Source: Bryobacterales bacterium (lineage in GTDB: Bacteria; Acidobacteriota; Terriglobia; Bryobacterales; UBA6623). From it: a stretch of DNA of 64,000 nucleotides. This document shows positions 1 through 8,574 of the stretch, in pieces. Made by a program: the position numbers and the translations under genes. The DNA is taken from the NCBI GenBank assembly GCA_965216545.1, contig OZ244172.1, positions 5,473,625 through 5,537,624 of the forward strand, in the 5' to 3' direction. Under the pieces are notes generated by a model that did no database searches, had not been told where the DNA came from, and saw nothing but the letters and a program-made list of their open reading frames with translations. How positions within the stretch are numbered: position 1 is the stretch's first letter; each line of letters opens with the position of its first letter.

Positions 1-56
1 TTGCGCGGCGCGCCGGCCGGCGGTCGCCAAATCCACAGGAGAAAAGCGAGCGAGCC

Positions 57-1049
57 ATGAGTCGACCGGTCACCTTGTTCACGGGCCAATGGGCCGATCT
101 GCCTCTGGAGGCGCTGGCCGGCAAGGCCGCAAGCTGGGGCTACGACGGCCTGGAGCTGGCCTGCTGGGGCGACCACATGGACGTCGCCCGCGCGGCGACC
201 GACCTCGACTACTGCGCCAAGCAAAAGGCGATTCTCGACAAGCACGGCTTGCAGTTGTTCGCGATTTCCAATCACCTCGCCGGCCAGCTCGTCTGCGACC
301 CCAACGACGATGCGCGCTCGGACCTGTTCGCCCCCGAAGAGACCCACGGAGACGCCGAGAAGAAGCGCGCCTGGGCGGTCCAGGCCGTCAAGGACACCGC
401 GCGGGCGGCCAAGAACCTGGGCCTCGAGGTCGCCAACGGCTTCACCGGCTCCTCGATCTGGCACATGCTCTACAGCTTCCCGCCGGTCTCCGACGCGCAG
501 ATCGACGAAGGATTCGCTTACTTCGCGGAGATGTTCAATCCCATCCTCGACGTGTATGACGAGTGCGGCGTGCGCTTTGGGCTCGAGGTGCACCCCACCG
601 AGATCGCCTTCGACATCCATACGGCGCGCAGAGCGCTGGACGCGATCGACAACCGCGAAGCCTTCGGCTTCAACTTCGACCCGAGCCATCTGCACTGGCA
701 GTTTGTCGACCCGGCGGCCTTCCTATGGGAGTTCAAAGACCGCATCTACCACGTCCACATGAAGGACTCGGCGCGCCAACTCGACGGCCGCAGCGGCATT
801 CTCGCCTCGCACCTCAACTTCGGGCATCCCCAGCGCGGCTGGGACTTCCGCTCGCTGGGCCACGGCGGAGTGGATTTCGAGGAGATCATCCGCGTGCTCA
901 ACCACATCGGCTATGACGGGCCGCTGTCGATCGAGTGGGAAGACAGCGGCATGGATCGCGAAGCCGGCGCGGAAGAGGCTTGCGCCTTCACCAAGAAGGT
1001 CGACTTCGCCCCCTCGGGCCGAGCCTTCGACGCCGCCTTCAGCGACTAA
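57..1049 (+). CDS. sugar phosphate isomerase/epimerase (xylose-isomerase-like TIM barrel)
   Basis: 330-aa ORF with ATG start. Family-typical stretches [50 protein letters not shown]. Confidence 0.8.
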   Translation: MSRPVTLFTGQWADLPLEALAGKAASWGYDGLELACWGDHMDVARAATDLDYCAKQKAILDKHGLQLFAISNHLAGQLVCDPNDDARSDLFAPEETHGDAEKKRAWAVQAVKDTARAAKNLGLEVANGFTGSSIWHMLYSFPPVSDAQIDEGFAYFAEMFNPILDVYDECGVRFGLEVHPTEIAFDIHTARRALDAIDNREAFGFNFDPSHLHWQFVDPAAFLWEFKDRIYHVHMKDSARQLDGRSGILASHLNFGHPQRGWDFRSLGHGGVDFEEIIRVLNHIGYDGPLSIEWEDSGMDREAGAEEACAFTKKVDFAPSGRAFDAAFSD

Positions 1050-1241
1050 CGATTAACGAGGAGCGGAGCCGCATGCGCCAGCTTGCGGTCGCTTTCGAGA
1101 GCTCGCGATTGGCGGCGTGACCGCACCCTGGCGGGCGCGGCTCCGACCAGAACCACGAGCGTGAGGGAGCGGGCGTCTTCGCCCTAGGCGCGGAGGCTAG
1201 GTCGCCCCAACAGAGCGGTCTTCGGTTAGACTCAGGAAGTC

Positions 1242-2615
1242 ATGCCGCGTACGATTCTGCTCGCCCTTGCTGCGCTACTCGGCGCCAGCGCCCTTCCGGC
1301 CGCCGGGGCCGCCGGCAAGACGACGTTCACTCGCGACGTCGCACCGATCGTCTTTGCGAACTGCTCGGGTTGTCACCGGCCGGGCCAGTCCGCGCCATTC
1401 TCGCTGTTGAGCTACCAAGACGCGCACAAGCGCGGCCGGCTGATCGAGGCGGTTACGCAGTCGCGCTATATGCCGCCGTGGCACGCCGCGCCGGACTACG
1501 GCCACTTCAAGGACGAGCAACGGCTCAGCGACGATGAGATCGCGACCATTGCGAAATGGGTGCGTGACGGCATGCCCGAGGGCGACGCAAAGGACCTGCC
1601 GGCGCTGCCGGACTTCCCCCAGGGCTGGCAGCTTGGCGAGCCGGACCTGGTGGTCGAGATGGAGCAGCCCTACCAGGTTCCCGCCGACGGCGCGGACATC
1701 TACCGCAACTTCGTGGCCGCCACGGGCACGAGCGAGGACAAGTGGGTGCGGGCGATCGAGTTCCGGCCCAAGGCGCGCAACGTGATGCACCATAGCCTGT
1801 TCAAGGCGGACCCGAGCGGCGGCGCGCGCAAGCTCGATGCGAAGGACGAAGAGCCGGGGTTCGGCGGCATGGGCCCGGGCGTCCGCGGGCTGGTCGATTT
1901 GAGCGGTTGGGCCGTTGGCGGCAATGCGCGTGTGTTCCCCGAGGAGTCGCCGACCAAGCTGCCCGCCGGCGCGGACTTCATCTTCCAGTCGCACTTCCAT
2001 CCGTCGGGCAAGCCTGAGACGGAGGTGTCGGCGGTCGGCCTCTACTTCAGCGACAAGCCGGCCACACGGAAGAAGATTGGCTTCCAGGTTCCGCCGATGT
2101 ATGGCGCCGGCGCGGGTATCGACATTCAGCCGGGCGATGCGAGCTTTACGATCCGCGAGCAGTTCACGCTGCCGGCGGCGATCGAGATCTTTGCCGTGAC
2201 GCCGCACGCGCACTACATCGGCAAGTCGTTCAAGGGCTGGGCCGTGCTTCCGGACGGCAGCGAAGTTCCGCTGATCCACGTGCCGGACTGGGACTTCGCC
2301 TGGCAGAGCATGTATACCTACGCCGAGCCGGTGAAGCTGCCGGCGGGGGCGACCATCCATGCCGAGATTGTCTACGACAACTCGGCGGAGAATCCGCGCA
2401 ACCCCTCGAGCCCGCCCAAGCGCGTGACCTGGGGCGAGGCGTCGACCGAGGAGATGGGCTCGCTGATCTTCACCGCGCTGGCCGCCGATGAGGCGGATGT
2501 GCCCGCGGTGAAGAAGGCCTACGGCGTGTTGGTTTCGAAGCACGTGAAGCAGAGGCGCGAGCAGCGCAAGAACCGCGTATCGACGGTGCGCCGGACGCGG
2601 GGCGGGGAAGAGTAG
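1242..2615 (+). CDS. secreted c-type heme (CxxCH) domain fused to PHM/DBH-like copper monooxygenase-like domain
   Basis: Signal peptide MPRTILLALAALLGASALPAAGA. Planctomycete-cytochrome-c-like FTRDVAPIVFANCSGCHRPGQSAPF...RYMPPW. Downstream His clusters VMHHSLF, SHFHPSG, TPHAHYIG and Met in EEMGSL. Confidence 0.7.
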   Translation: MPRTILLALAALLGASALPAAGAAGKTTFTRDVAPIVFANCSGCHRPGQSAPFSLLSYQDAHKRGRLIEAVTQSRYMPPWHAAPDYGHFKDEQRLSDDEIATIAKWVRDGMPEGDAKDLPALPDFPQGWQLGEPDLVVEMEQPYQVPADGADIYRNFVAATGTSEDKWVRAIEFRPKARNVMHHSLFKADPSGGARKLDAKDEEPGFGGMGPGVRGLVDLSGWAVGGNARVFPEESPTKLPAGADFIFQSHFHPSGKPETEVSAVGLYFSDKPATRKKIGFQVPPMYGAGAGIDIQPGDASFTIREQFTLPAAIEIFAVTPHAHYIGKSFKGWAVLPDGSEVPLIHVPDWDFAWQSMYTYAEPVKLPAGATIHAEIVYDNSAENPRNPSSPPKRVTWGEASTEEMGSLIFTALAADEADVPAVKKAYGVLVSKHVKQRREQRKNRVSTVRRTRGGEE

Positions 2616-2757
2616 CGGGTCCGCGCCGCGGCGCTGGGCCCGGCACGCAGGCCCACCCTGCGTTTCAGTAGCGCCAGTGTGGAAACTGAACAGAGCCGCG
2701 CACGTGAGTGCGCCTGCCTGCGGCCATTCGATTTCGGCATAATCGAATGACTCCGCC

Positions 2758-5187
2758 ATGTCTGAAGCCTACGAAAAGCTGGGGGCGCTCTACCTCGGCA
2801 AGACCTACGATCTCGACGAATCTTCCCTGAACGACAACCTGCTGCTGCTCGACTCGAAAGACCTGACCACGCACGGGGTCTGTTTCGGGATGACCGGCTC
2901 GGGCAAGACGGGCTTGTGCGTGTGCTTGCTCGAAGAGGCGCTGATCGACGGCATTCCCGTGATCGCGATCGACCCAAAGGGCGACCTCGGCAATCTGCTG
3001 TTGAATTTTCCCGAGCTGAAGCCGAAAGACTTCCGGCCGTGGATCCAGGAGAGCGCGGCGCGCCGGAAGGGCAAGACGCCGGAGGAGTACGCCAAGGACC
3101 AAGCCGCGTTGTGGAAAAAGGGACTGGCGGATTGGGGCCAGTCGGGCGAGCGCATCGCACGTCTTCGCGATGCAGCCGAGATGGCGATCTACACGCCGGG
3201 CAGCGAGGCGGGCATTCCGGTCTCGATGCTCAAGTCGTTCTCCGCACCTTCGAAGGAACTGATCCACGACCGCGAGCAGATGCGCGACCGCGTGCAGGCC
3301 GCCGCCGGGTCGCTATTGGGGCTGGTGGGGATCGACGCGGACCCGGTGCAGAGCCGCGAGCACATCTTGCTTTCGCTCCTGATCGACAAGGCTTGGCGAG
3401 CGGCCAAGGACTTGAGCTTGGCCGAGCTGATCCAGCAGATCCAGAATCCGCCGGTCGAGCGCGTGGGCGTGTTCGATCTGGAATCGTTCTTCCCCTCGAA
3501 GGATCGGATGGGGCTGGCGATGGCGATCAACAATCTGCTCGTATCGCCGGGCTTCGAGGCCTGGATGCACGGCGAGTCGTTGGACATCGACCGCTTGCTC
3601 TATACCCAACAAGGCAGGCCGCGGCTGGCGATCTTTTCGATCGCTCACCTAGGCGACGCCGAGCGGATGTTCTTCGTCTCGACCTTGCTAGGCGAGGTGC
3701 TGAGCTGGATGCGGCGTCAGGCGGGTACGAGCTCGCTGCGCGCCCTGCTCTACATGGACGAGATCTACGGCTACCTGCCGCCGACGGCGAATCCGCCGTC
3801 GAAGCAGCCGTTGATGACGCTGATGAAGCAGGCGCGGGCCTTTGGCGTGGGCGTGCTGCTGGCGACGCAAAACCCGAAGGATCTCGACTACAAGGCGCTG
3901 TCAAACGCCGGCGCGTGGTTCGTGGGGCGGTTGCAGACCGACCGCGACCGTGACCGCGTGCTCGACGGGCTGGAGGGCGCCGCGGCCGGCGCGGGGTTGC
4001 CCTTCGACCGCGCCGACATGGAACGCAAGATCTCCGGGTTGGGCAAGCGCGTGTTTCTGCTCTACAACGTGCACGAGCAGGGACCCGAGGCGTTCCATAC
4101 ACGCTGGGCGCTATCGTACTTGAGCGGTCCGTTTACGCGCGACCAGATCGAGCGGCTGATGGGGCCGCGCAAGCCGCCCGTCGAGGCCGAGCAGGAGGCG
4201 CCTGCCGCGGCGGCGGTCGCGCCCGAGCCCGCCGCCGCCCCCGCGCTGCCCGCCGGCGTTCCGCAGTTCTTCGCCCCCCTGCGCACGATTGGCCCCGCCG
4301 ACGCTCGGCTCGAATATCGTCCCGCCTTGGTCGGCCAAGCCCGCGTGCACTACACCAACCGCAAAGCCAAGCTCGACCAGACGCACGACCTCACCGTATG
4401 GACGCCGATCGACGACGCGCCCACGCCGGTGGACTGGCAACTCGCCGAGGATTTCGAGCTCGAACCCGATGCGCTCGAATCCGAGGCGCGCGCCGACCAG
4501 GCGGCAAGTTATGCGGCGCTCGCTCCCGACGCCGCAAAGACGAAGAAGTACGGCGTGTGGTCGAAACGGCTGGCGGCGTGGATCTACGCCGAGCGTCCGC
4601 TCGAGCTCTACTTCAGCCCGACGCTCAAGCAGACGTCCGACCCGGGCGAGAACGAGCGCGACTTTCGCGTACGGCTCGACCGCGTTGCACGCGAAGAGCG
4701 CGACCTGCGTACCGAGAAGTTGCGGACCAAGTACAAGTCGAAGGTCGATCGTTTGGAAGAACGGATTCGCAAAGCCGAACAGACCGTCGACAAGGAAAAG
4801 GAGCAAGCGAGCTCGCAGACGGTGGCCTCGGTGCTCTCGGTCGGCTCATCGCTGCTCGGCGCCCTGTTCGGCCGCAAGGTGCTCAGCGCGACGAACGTGC
4901 GCCGCATGGGCACGGCCGCTCGCGGGGTGGGTCGCATCGGCAAGGAGCGCAGCGACATCGGGCGCGCCAAGGAAAATCTCGAGGCTCTCAAAGAGCAGCT
5001 CGCCGAGCTGAACGCGGAGCTCGAAGCCGAGGTCGAGGAGATCGAGGACAGCATCGATCCGCGGACCGAAGAGCTCGAGACGATCGCGGTGAAAGCGAAG
5101 AAGACCGACATCGATGTACGCTTCTGCGCGCTCGTTTGGCTGCCCTATTGGGCGACATCGCGGGACGCCGGGGAGGCTTGGCGCTAA
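2758..5187 (+). CDS. HerA/FtsK-like (DUF87/DUF853-type) P-loop ATPase with long C-terminal coiled-coil region
   Basis: 809 aa. Walker A GMTGSGKTG followed by IAIDPKGDLGNL; Walker B LLYMDEIYGY; ATQNPKDLDYKALSNAGAWFVGRLQTDRDR. C-terminal half is charged and heptad-rich (KYKSKVDRLEERIRKAEQTVDKEKEQ; ENLEALKEQLAELNAELEAEVEE). Confidence 0.8.
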   Translation: MSEAYEKLGALYLGKTYDLDESSLNDNLLLLDSKDLTTHGVCFGMTGSGKTGLCVCLLEEALIDGIPVIAIDPKGDLGNLLLNFPELKPKDFRPWIQESAARRKGKTPEEYAKDQAALWKKGLADWGQSGERIARLRDAAEMAIYTPGSEAGIPVSMLKSFSAPSKELIHDREQMRDRVQAAAGSLLGLVGIDADPVQSREHILLSLLIDKAWRAAKDLSLAELIQQIQNPPVERVGVFDLESFFPSKDRMGLAMAINNLLVSPGFEAWMHGESLDIDRLLYTQQGRPRLAIFSIAHLGDAERMFFVSTLLGEVLSWMRRQAGTSSLRALLYMDEIYGYLPPTANPPSKQPLMTLMKQARAFGVGVLLATQNPKDLDYKALSNAGAWFVGRLQTDRDRDRVLDGLEGAAAGAGLPFDRADMERKISGLGKRVFLLYNVHEQGPEAFHTRWALSYLSGPFTRDQIERLMGPRKPPVEAEQEAPAAAAVAPEPAAAPALPAGVPQFFAPLRTIGPADARLEYRPALVGQARVHYTNRKAKLDQTHDLTVWTPIDDAPTPVDWQLAEDFELEPDALESEARADQAASYAALAPDAAKTKKYGVWSKRLAAWIYAERPLELYFSPTLKQTSDPGENERDFRVRLDRVAREERDLRTEKLRTKYKSKVDRLEERIRKAEQTVDKEKEQASSQTVASVLSVGSSLLGALFGRKVLSATNVRRMGTAARGVGRIGKERSDIGRAKENLEALKEQLAELNAELEAEVEEIEDSIDPRTEELETIAVKAKKTDIDVRFCALVWLPYWATSRDAGEAWR

Positions 5188-5196
5188 TTTCCCGCG

Positions 5197-5226
5197 AAAA
5201 CACCGGCTCGTTCCGGCTGTTTTTTG
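5197..5226 (+). terminator. putative intrinsic terminator after the ATPase gene
   Basis: aaaACACCGGctcgttCCGGcTGTTTTTTgc: A-tract, short imperfect stem (one bulge), T6 run, starting 10 nt after the TAA at 5185-5187. Confidence 0.45.
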
Positions 5227-5258
5227 CTACGATTTGACTCTCCACAAGAGGAGGCAAG

Positions 5259-5666
5259 ATGAACTACAAAATCGAAGAGATCGAGGGCATCGGCCCAGTC
5301 TACGGCAAGAAGCTCGCTGCCGCTGGCGTCAACACCACCGGCCAGCTCCTCAAACGCGGCGCGAAGCCCGCCGGACGCAAGGAGCTCGAGGAAGCGACCG
5401 GGATCAGCCACGCGCACATTCTGACGTGGTGCAACCTCGCCGACTTGATGCGCGTGAACGGCGTGGGCAAGCAGTATTCCGAGCTGCTCGAGGCCGCCGG
5501 CGTCGATACGATCAAGGAGTTGCGGAACCGCAACGCCGCCAACCTGGCCGTGAAGATGAAAGAGGTCAACGACGCGAAGAAGCTGTGCCGCTCCGCGCCG
5601 TCGGAGAAGTCGGTTGCGAAGTGGGTGGCGCAGGCCAAGAAGACCACGCCGGCCATCTCGTACTAG
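5259..5666 (+). CDS. DUF4332 domain protein (tandem helix-hairpin-helix)
   Basis: 135 aa with SD gaGGAGGcaag before the ATG. IEGIGPVYGKKLAAAGV and VNGVGKQYSELLEAAGV HhH-like repeats. Confidence 0.8.
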   Translation: MNYKIEEIEGIGPVYGKKLAAAGVNTTGQLLKRGAKPAGRKELEEATGISHAHILTWCNLADLMRVNGVGKQYSELLEAAGVDTIKELRNRNAANLAVKMKEVNDAKKLCRSAPSEKSVAKWVAQAKKTTPAISY

Positions 5667-5794
5667 TCGCCTTCTCGATCGGATCCGGGCCGCTCCCGCG
5701 AAGGTGCGGTAAGCGTGAACGTCGCAGGGCTATAGAAGCTTACCGCAAGCTGGCGCATGCGGCTCTGAAAAGAAGGGAAGCCCGGCGTGGAGAT

Positions 5795-6226
5795 CTAGCG
5801 CTGCCAGTGGGTCTCGTGGCAGACTTCGCAGGCTTCGATGATTTGGTTGCCGGCGTCGTTGATCCCGTCGACGTCTTTGGCGTCGGCGGCGCGCTTGGCG
5901 GCCAAGCCGGCCTCGATCAGCGCCCGTGACGTGCTGATCCACACCTCGTCGTTTTTGGCCCGTTCGCCAATCATCAGCAGGTTTCCAGACTCTGCGAGGA
6001 TGATCGCCTGATTGCGCACGTGCTTCCAATCGCCATCGTCGGCGGGCGGGTTGCGCGCGACGTCGAACAGGGCGTTCGAGGCGGGGATGATCATCGCCTG
6101 CATCAGCTCGGTCAGGCTTGCGACGGGCTCGAGCTCCGGTTCGGCGGCGCCGAGCAGGGCGGCAAGCGCCAGCGCGGCGAATAGCGCGCGGACCGAGCGT
6201 CGAGTCAATCGATTCGCGGGATTCAT
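5795..6226 (-). CDS. cytochrome c' / class II c-type cytochrome
   Basis: 143 aa with a signal peptide. Single C-terminal heme motif EACEVCHETHWQR, typical of four-helix-bundle class II cytochromes. Confidence 0.7.
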   Translation of the reverse strand: MNPANRLTRRSVRALFAALALAALLGAAEPELEPVASLTELMQAMIIPASNALFDVARNPPADDGDWKHVRNQAIILAESGNLLMIGERAKNDEVWISTSRALIEAGLAAKRAADAKDVDGINDAGNQIIEACEVCHETHWQR

Positions 6227-6292
6227 CTCAATTGCGCGGGCAGTGTCAGCGTAGCCAATCCAGCTCGGCCCCGCAAACGGGTCCGCGGCGGC

Positions 6293-8536
6293 TCAAAACT
6301 CGATCACGACTCCGACCGAGGGCAGGATTGGGAACGTGTCCTCGAGGTCGGGTACGCGATTGCCGGTGATCGGGTTAAACCCTCCCTGGAAGTTCGTCCG
6401 GATGTTGCGCCGGTTGAGCACGTTGATCACCTCTCCGAACAGCGTGACCTGCCAGTCGCCGAAAACCAGCAGCTTGTTGATGCGCAAGTCGAGGCGCTGG
6501 TAGTAGGGCAGACGAACCCGATTGCGGACCTCGTCGAGCGCCAATTGCGTCTCGCCGGTTTGCAGGAAGAACCCTGGCAGCGGCAGGCTGGAGCCGTGCG
6601 CGAGCTTGGCGCTGAGGTTGAGCCGCGGCGCGGGCCGGTAGCTCCCGAACAGGTTGACGGTGTGGCGCTGATCGTAGTCGGAGGGATAACGGATTCCGAG
6701 CACGCCGTCGGAGGTCTCCGAGCGCGTCCAAGCGTAGGAGGCCCAGCCGTTGAGGCCGTTCGCGCTGCGCCGCTGGAGAAAGAGTTGGAATCCGCGGGTG
6801 TAGGACTTCAACGCGTTCTGGTAAGGCGCGTTGAACGCCGGCGGGACGAAGGCGCCGTCGAGCAATCTCGGCTCCACCAGCGGGCGCGCAACCAGGTCGC
6901 GGTCCCAGCGGTGGAAGACCTCAGCGCGCAGGCGCGCGCGGGCGGGCAGCTTTTGTTCGACGAGTGCGCGCAGGTGGTTGGAGCGCGCCGGGTCGAGCGA
7001 GGAGCCTACGAAGCGCGATAGCGCCAAGCTGAGCTCGGGGTGCTGGACGGCTTGGCCCCACTCGGCGTGGAGCTCGGTGGAGCGCCGCGCAAATACCGAG
7101 GCGGATGCGAACGGAGCGGCGGTCGCGGTCTGGTTCGTCGAGTTGCGGTCGAATCGCGCGCCGGTTCGCATCCGCAAGCGGCCGTCGAAGAGCTGCGTCG
7201 ACTGCTGGAGATAGCCGCCGCCGAGCGTGCCCGAGCCACGAAACTCGTCGGTAACGAGGGCGATGTTGTCGGGGCCCGAGCGCCGCACGAAGTAGCCGTC
7301 CTCGCGACGATTGCGCGCCAGCCACCCGGCGTCGAGCGAAAACGAGCGATGCGCCTGCCAGGAGAGATCGCCGCTGCCGACCCATTCGGCGTAGAAGTCT
7401 TCGGCCAGCGGCAGCAGCGCACGCCCGAGGTTCTCGAAGCGCTCGCGCAGATACGCAACGCGGTTCTCGACCAGCAGGTTGGAGCGTGGCGCGTAGCGTG
7501 AGCCCAGCCGCGCCAGTGTGAAGTGCAGGTCGCTCTCGATGTCGGCGTTCGGGCCTTCGTCGCGAAAGTCTCCCGTGCGTCCCAGACCCGAGCGGCCGTC
7601 GACGAGGCCAAGCGAAACGGTGTGCTTGGGCGAGAGATCGTAGCTGAGGCGGCTTTGTACATCGGAGAATCCGAAGGCGAGCTCGTCGTCGTCGGAGACC
7701 GCGCGCAGGATGTACTGGAGATAGCTCTTGCGAGCGCTGAGGAGCCACGAGCCGCGGCCGCGCTTGCCGAGTGGGCCTTCGAACGTCCCGGCCAGGTTCG
7801 ACATGCTGGCCGTCACGCGGAAGCCGAAGGACTCGCGGTCGCCTTCACGCGAGCGCAGGTCGACCGCGCCGGCGGTGCGATCGTAGTAGCTCGACGGCGG
7901 CGCCCCGGGCAGCAGATTGACGCTCTCGAGCATCTCGCCGTTGAGGACGGTGACCGAAGGGTTGTTGATGTCGCCCTGCACGGTGTGGAATGGCGAGCGC
8001 AGCAGCACGCCGTCCAGATACAGCCCGACCCGCTGGAACGGCGCGCCGCGCAGAGCGAACTGGCTCTGGAAATCATCGCCCGCGGCGACGCCGGGCAGCC
8101 CTTGCACGGCCCGGAGCGGGTCGTCGGTGAGCACCGACGCCAGGTTGCGCAGCTCGTTGCCGGCGAGGGAAACCGCCCCGGGAAGCTCGTGGCCGTAGGG
8201 TCCGGCGGTCACCGAGACGGACTCGGTGCGGCGCAGCGAATCGGGATGCAGCGAGACGGCAACCTCGACCGCGGCGCCCGTCTCGACCTCGAGCTCGAGG
8301 TCGGCCGGCCGGTAACCGACTCCGCTGAATCGCAGGCGCAGCGGTCCCGGCGCCGCTCCTGCGAGCTCGAAGCGGCCCGAGGAGTCGGTGACCGCCCGTA
8401 GGCCCCGCTCCGCCGCCTCCACCCGCACACGGCCAAGAGGCTCCTCGCTGGCCGCGTCGCGCACGATTCCGCGAACGGCGGTCTGAGCCCAGCAGGGCGC
8501 GGCGAACAGCGCCAAGGCCAAACACAGTCTTCCCAT
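6293..8536 (-). CDS. TonB-dependent receptor with CarboxypepD_reg-like N-terminal domain
   Basis: 747 aa. Signal peptide; VRGIVRDAASEEPLGRVRVEA...SGRFEL; plug-like DDPLRAVQGLPGV; terminal aromatic ...GVVIEF. Confidence 0.9.
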   Translation of the reverse strand: MGRLCLALALFAAPCWAQTAVRGIVRDAASEEPLGRVRVEAAERGLRAVTDSSGRFELAGAAPGPLRLRFSGVGYRPADLELEVETGAAVEVAVSLHPDSLRRTESVSVTAGPYGHELPGAVSLAGNELRNLASVLTDDPLRAVQGLPGVAAGDDFQSQFALRGAPFQRVGLYLDGVLLRSPFHTVQGDINNPSVTVLNGEMLESVNLLPGAPPSSYYDRTAGAVDLRSREGDRESFGFRVTASMSNLAGTFEGPLGKRGRGSWLLSARKSYLQYILRAVSDDDELAFGFSDVQSRLSYDLSPKHTVSLGLVDGRSGLGRTGDFRDEGPNADIESDLHFTLARLGSRYAPRSNLLVENRVAYLRERFENLGRALLPLAEDFYAEWVGSGDLSWQAHRSFSLDAGWLARNRREDGYFVRRSGPDNIALVTDEFRGSGTLGGGYLQQSTQLFDGRLRMRTGARFDRNSTNQTATAAPFASASVFARRSTELHAEWGQAVQHPELSLALSRFVGSSLDPARSNHLRALVEQKLPARARLRAEVFHRWDRDLVARPLVEPRLLDGAFVPPAFNAPYQNALKSYTRGFQLFLQRRSANGLNGWASYAWTRSETSDGVLGIRYPSDYDQRHTVNLFGSYRPAPRLNLSAKLAHGSSLPLPGFFLQTGETQLALDEVRNRVRLPYYQRLDLRINKLLVFGDWQVTLFGEVINVLNRRNIRTNFQGGFNPITGNRVPDLEDTFPILPSVGVVIEF

Positions 8537-8574
8537 GGCTGCAATCTACGGCAGCCGCGGCTCGGAGCGCTAGG

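Noticed and set aside
1118-1185. Possible fifth, degenerate copy of the REP-like element (gcaccctggcgggcgcggctc..cagaaccacgagcg)
   Set aside because: Similarity is limited to partial arm and spacer fragments in the wrong order. This is too weak to call without a genome-wide model.
1275-2759. 494-aa minus-strand ORF covering the whole heme/monooxygenase gene
   Set aside because: Arg/Ala/Gly/Pro-rich low-complexity translation typical of an antisense shadow ORF in high-GC DNA. The plus-strand gene has clear motifs and a signal peptide.
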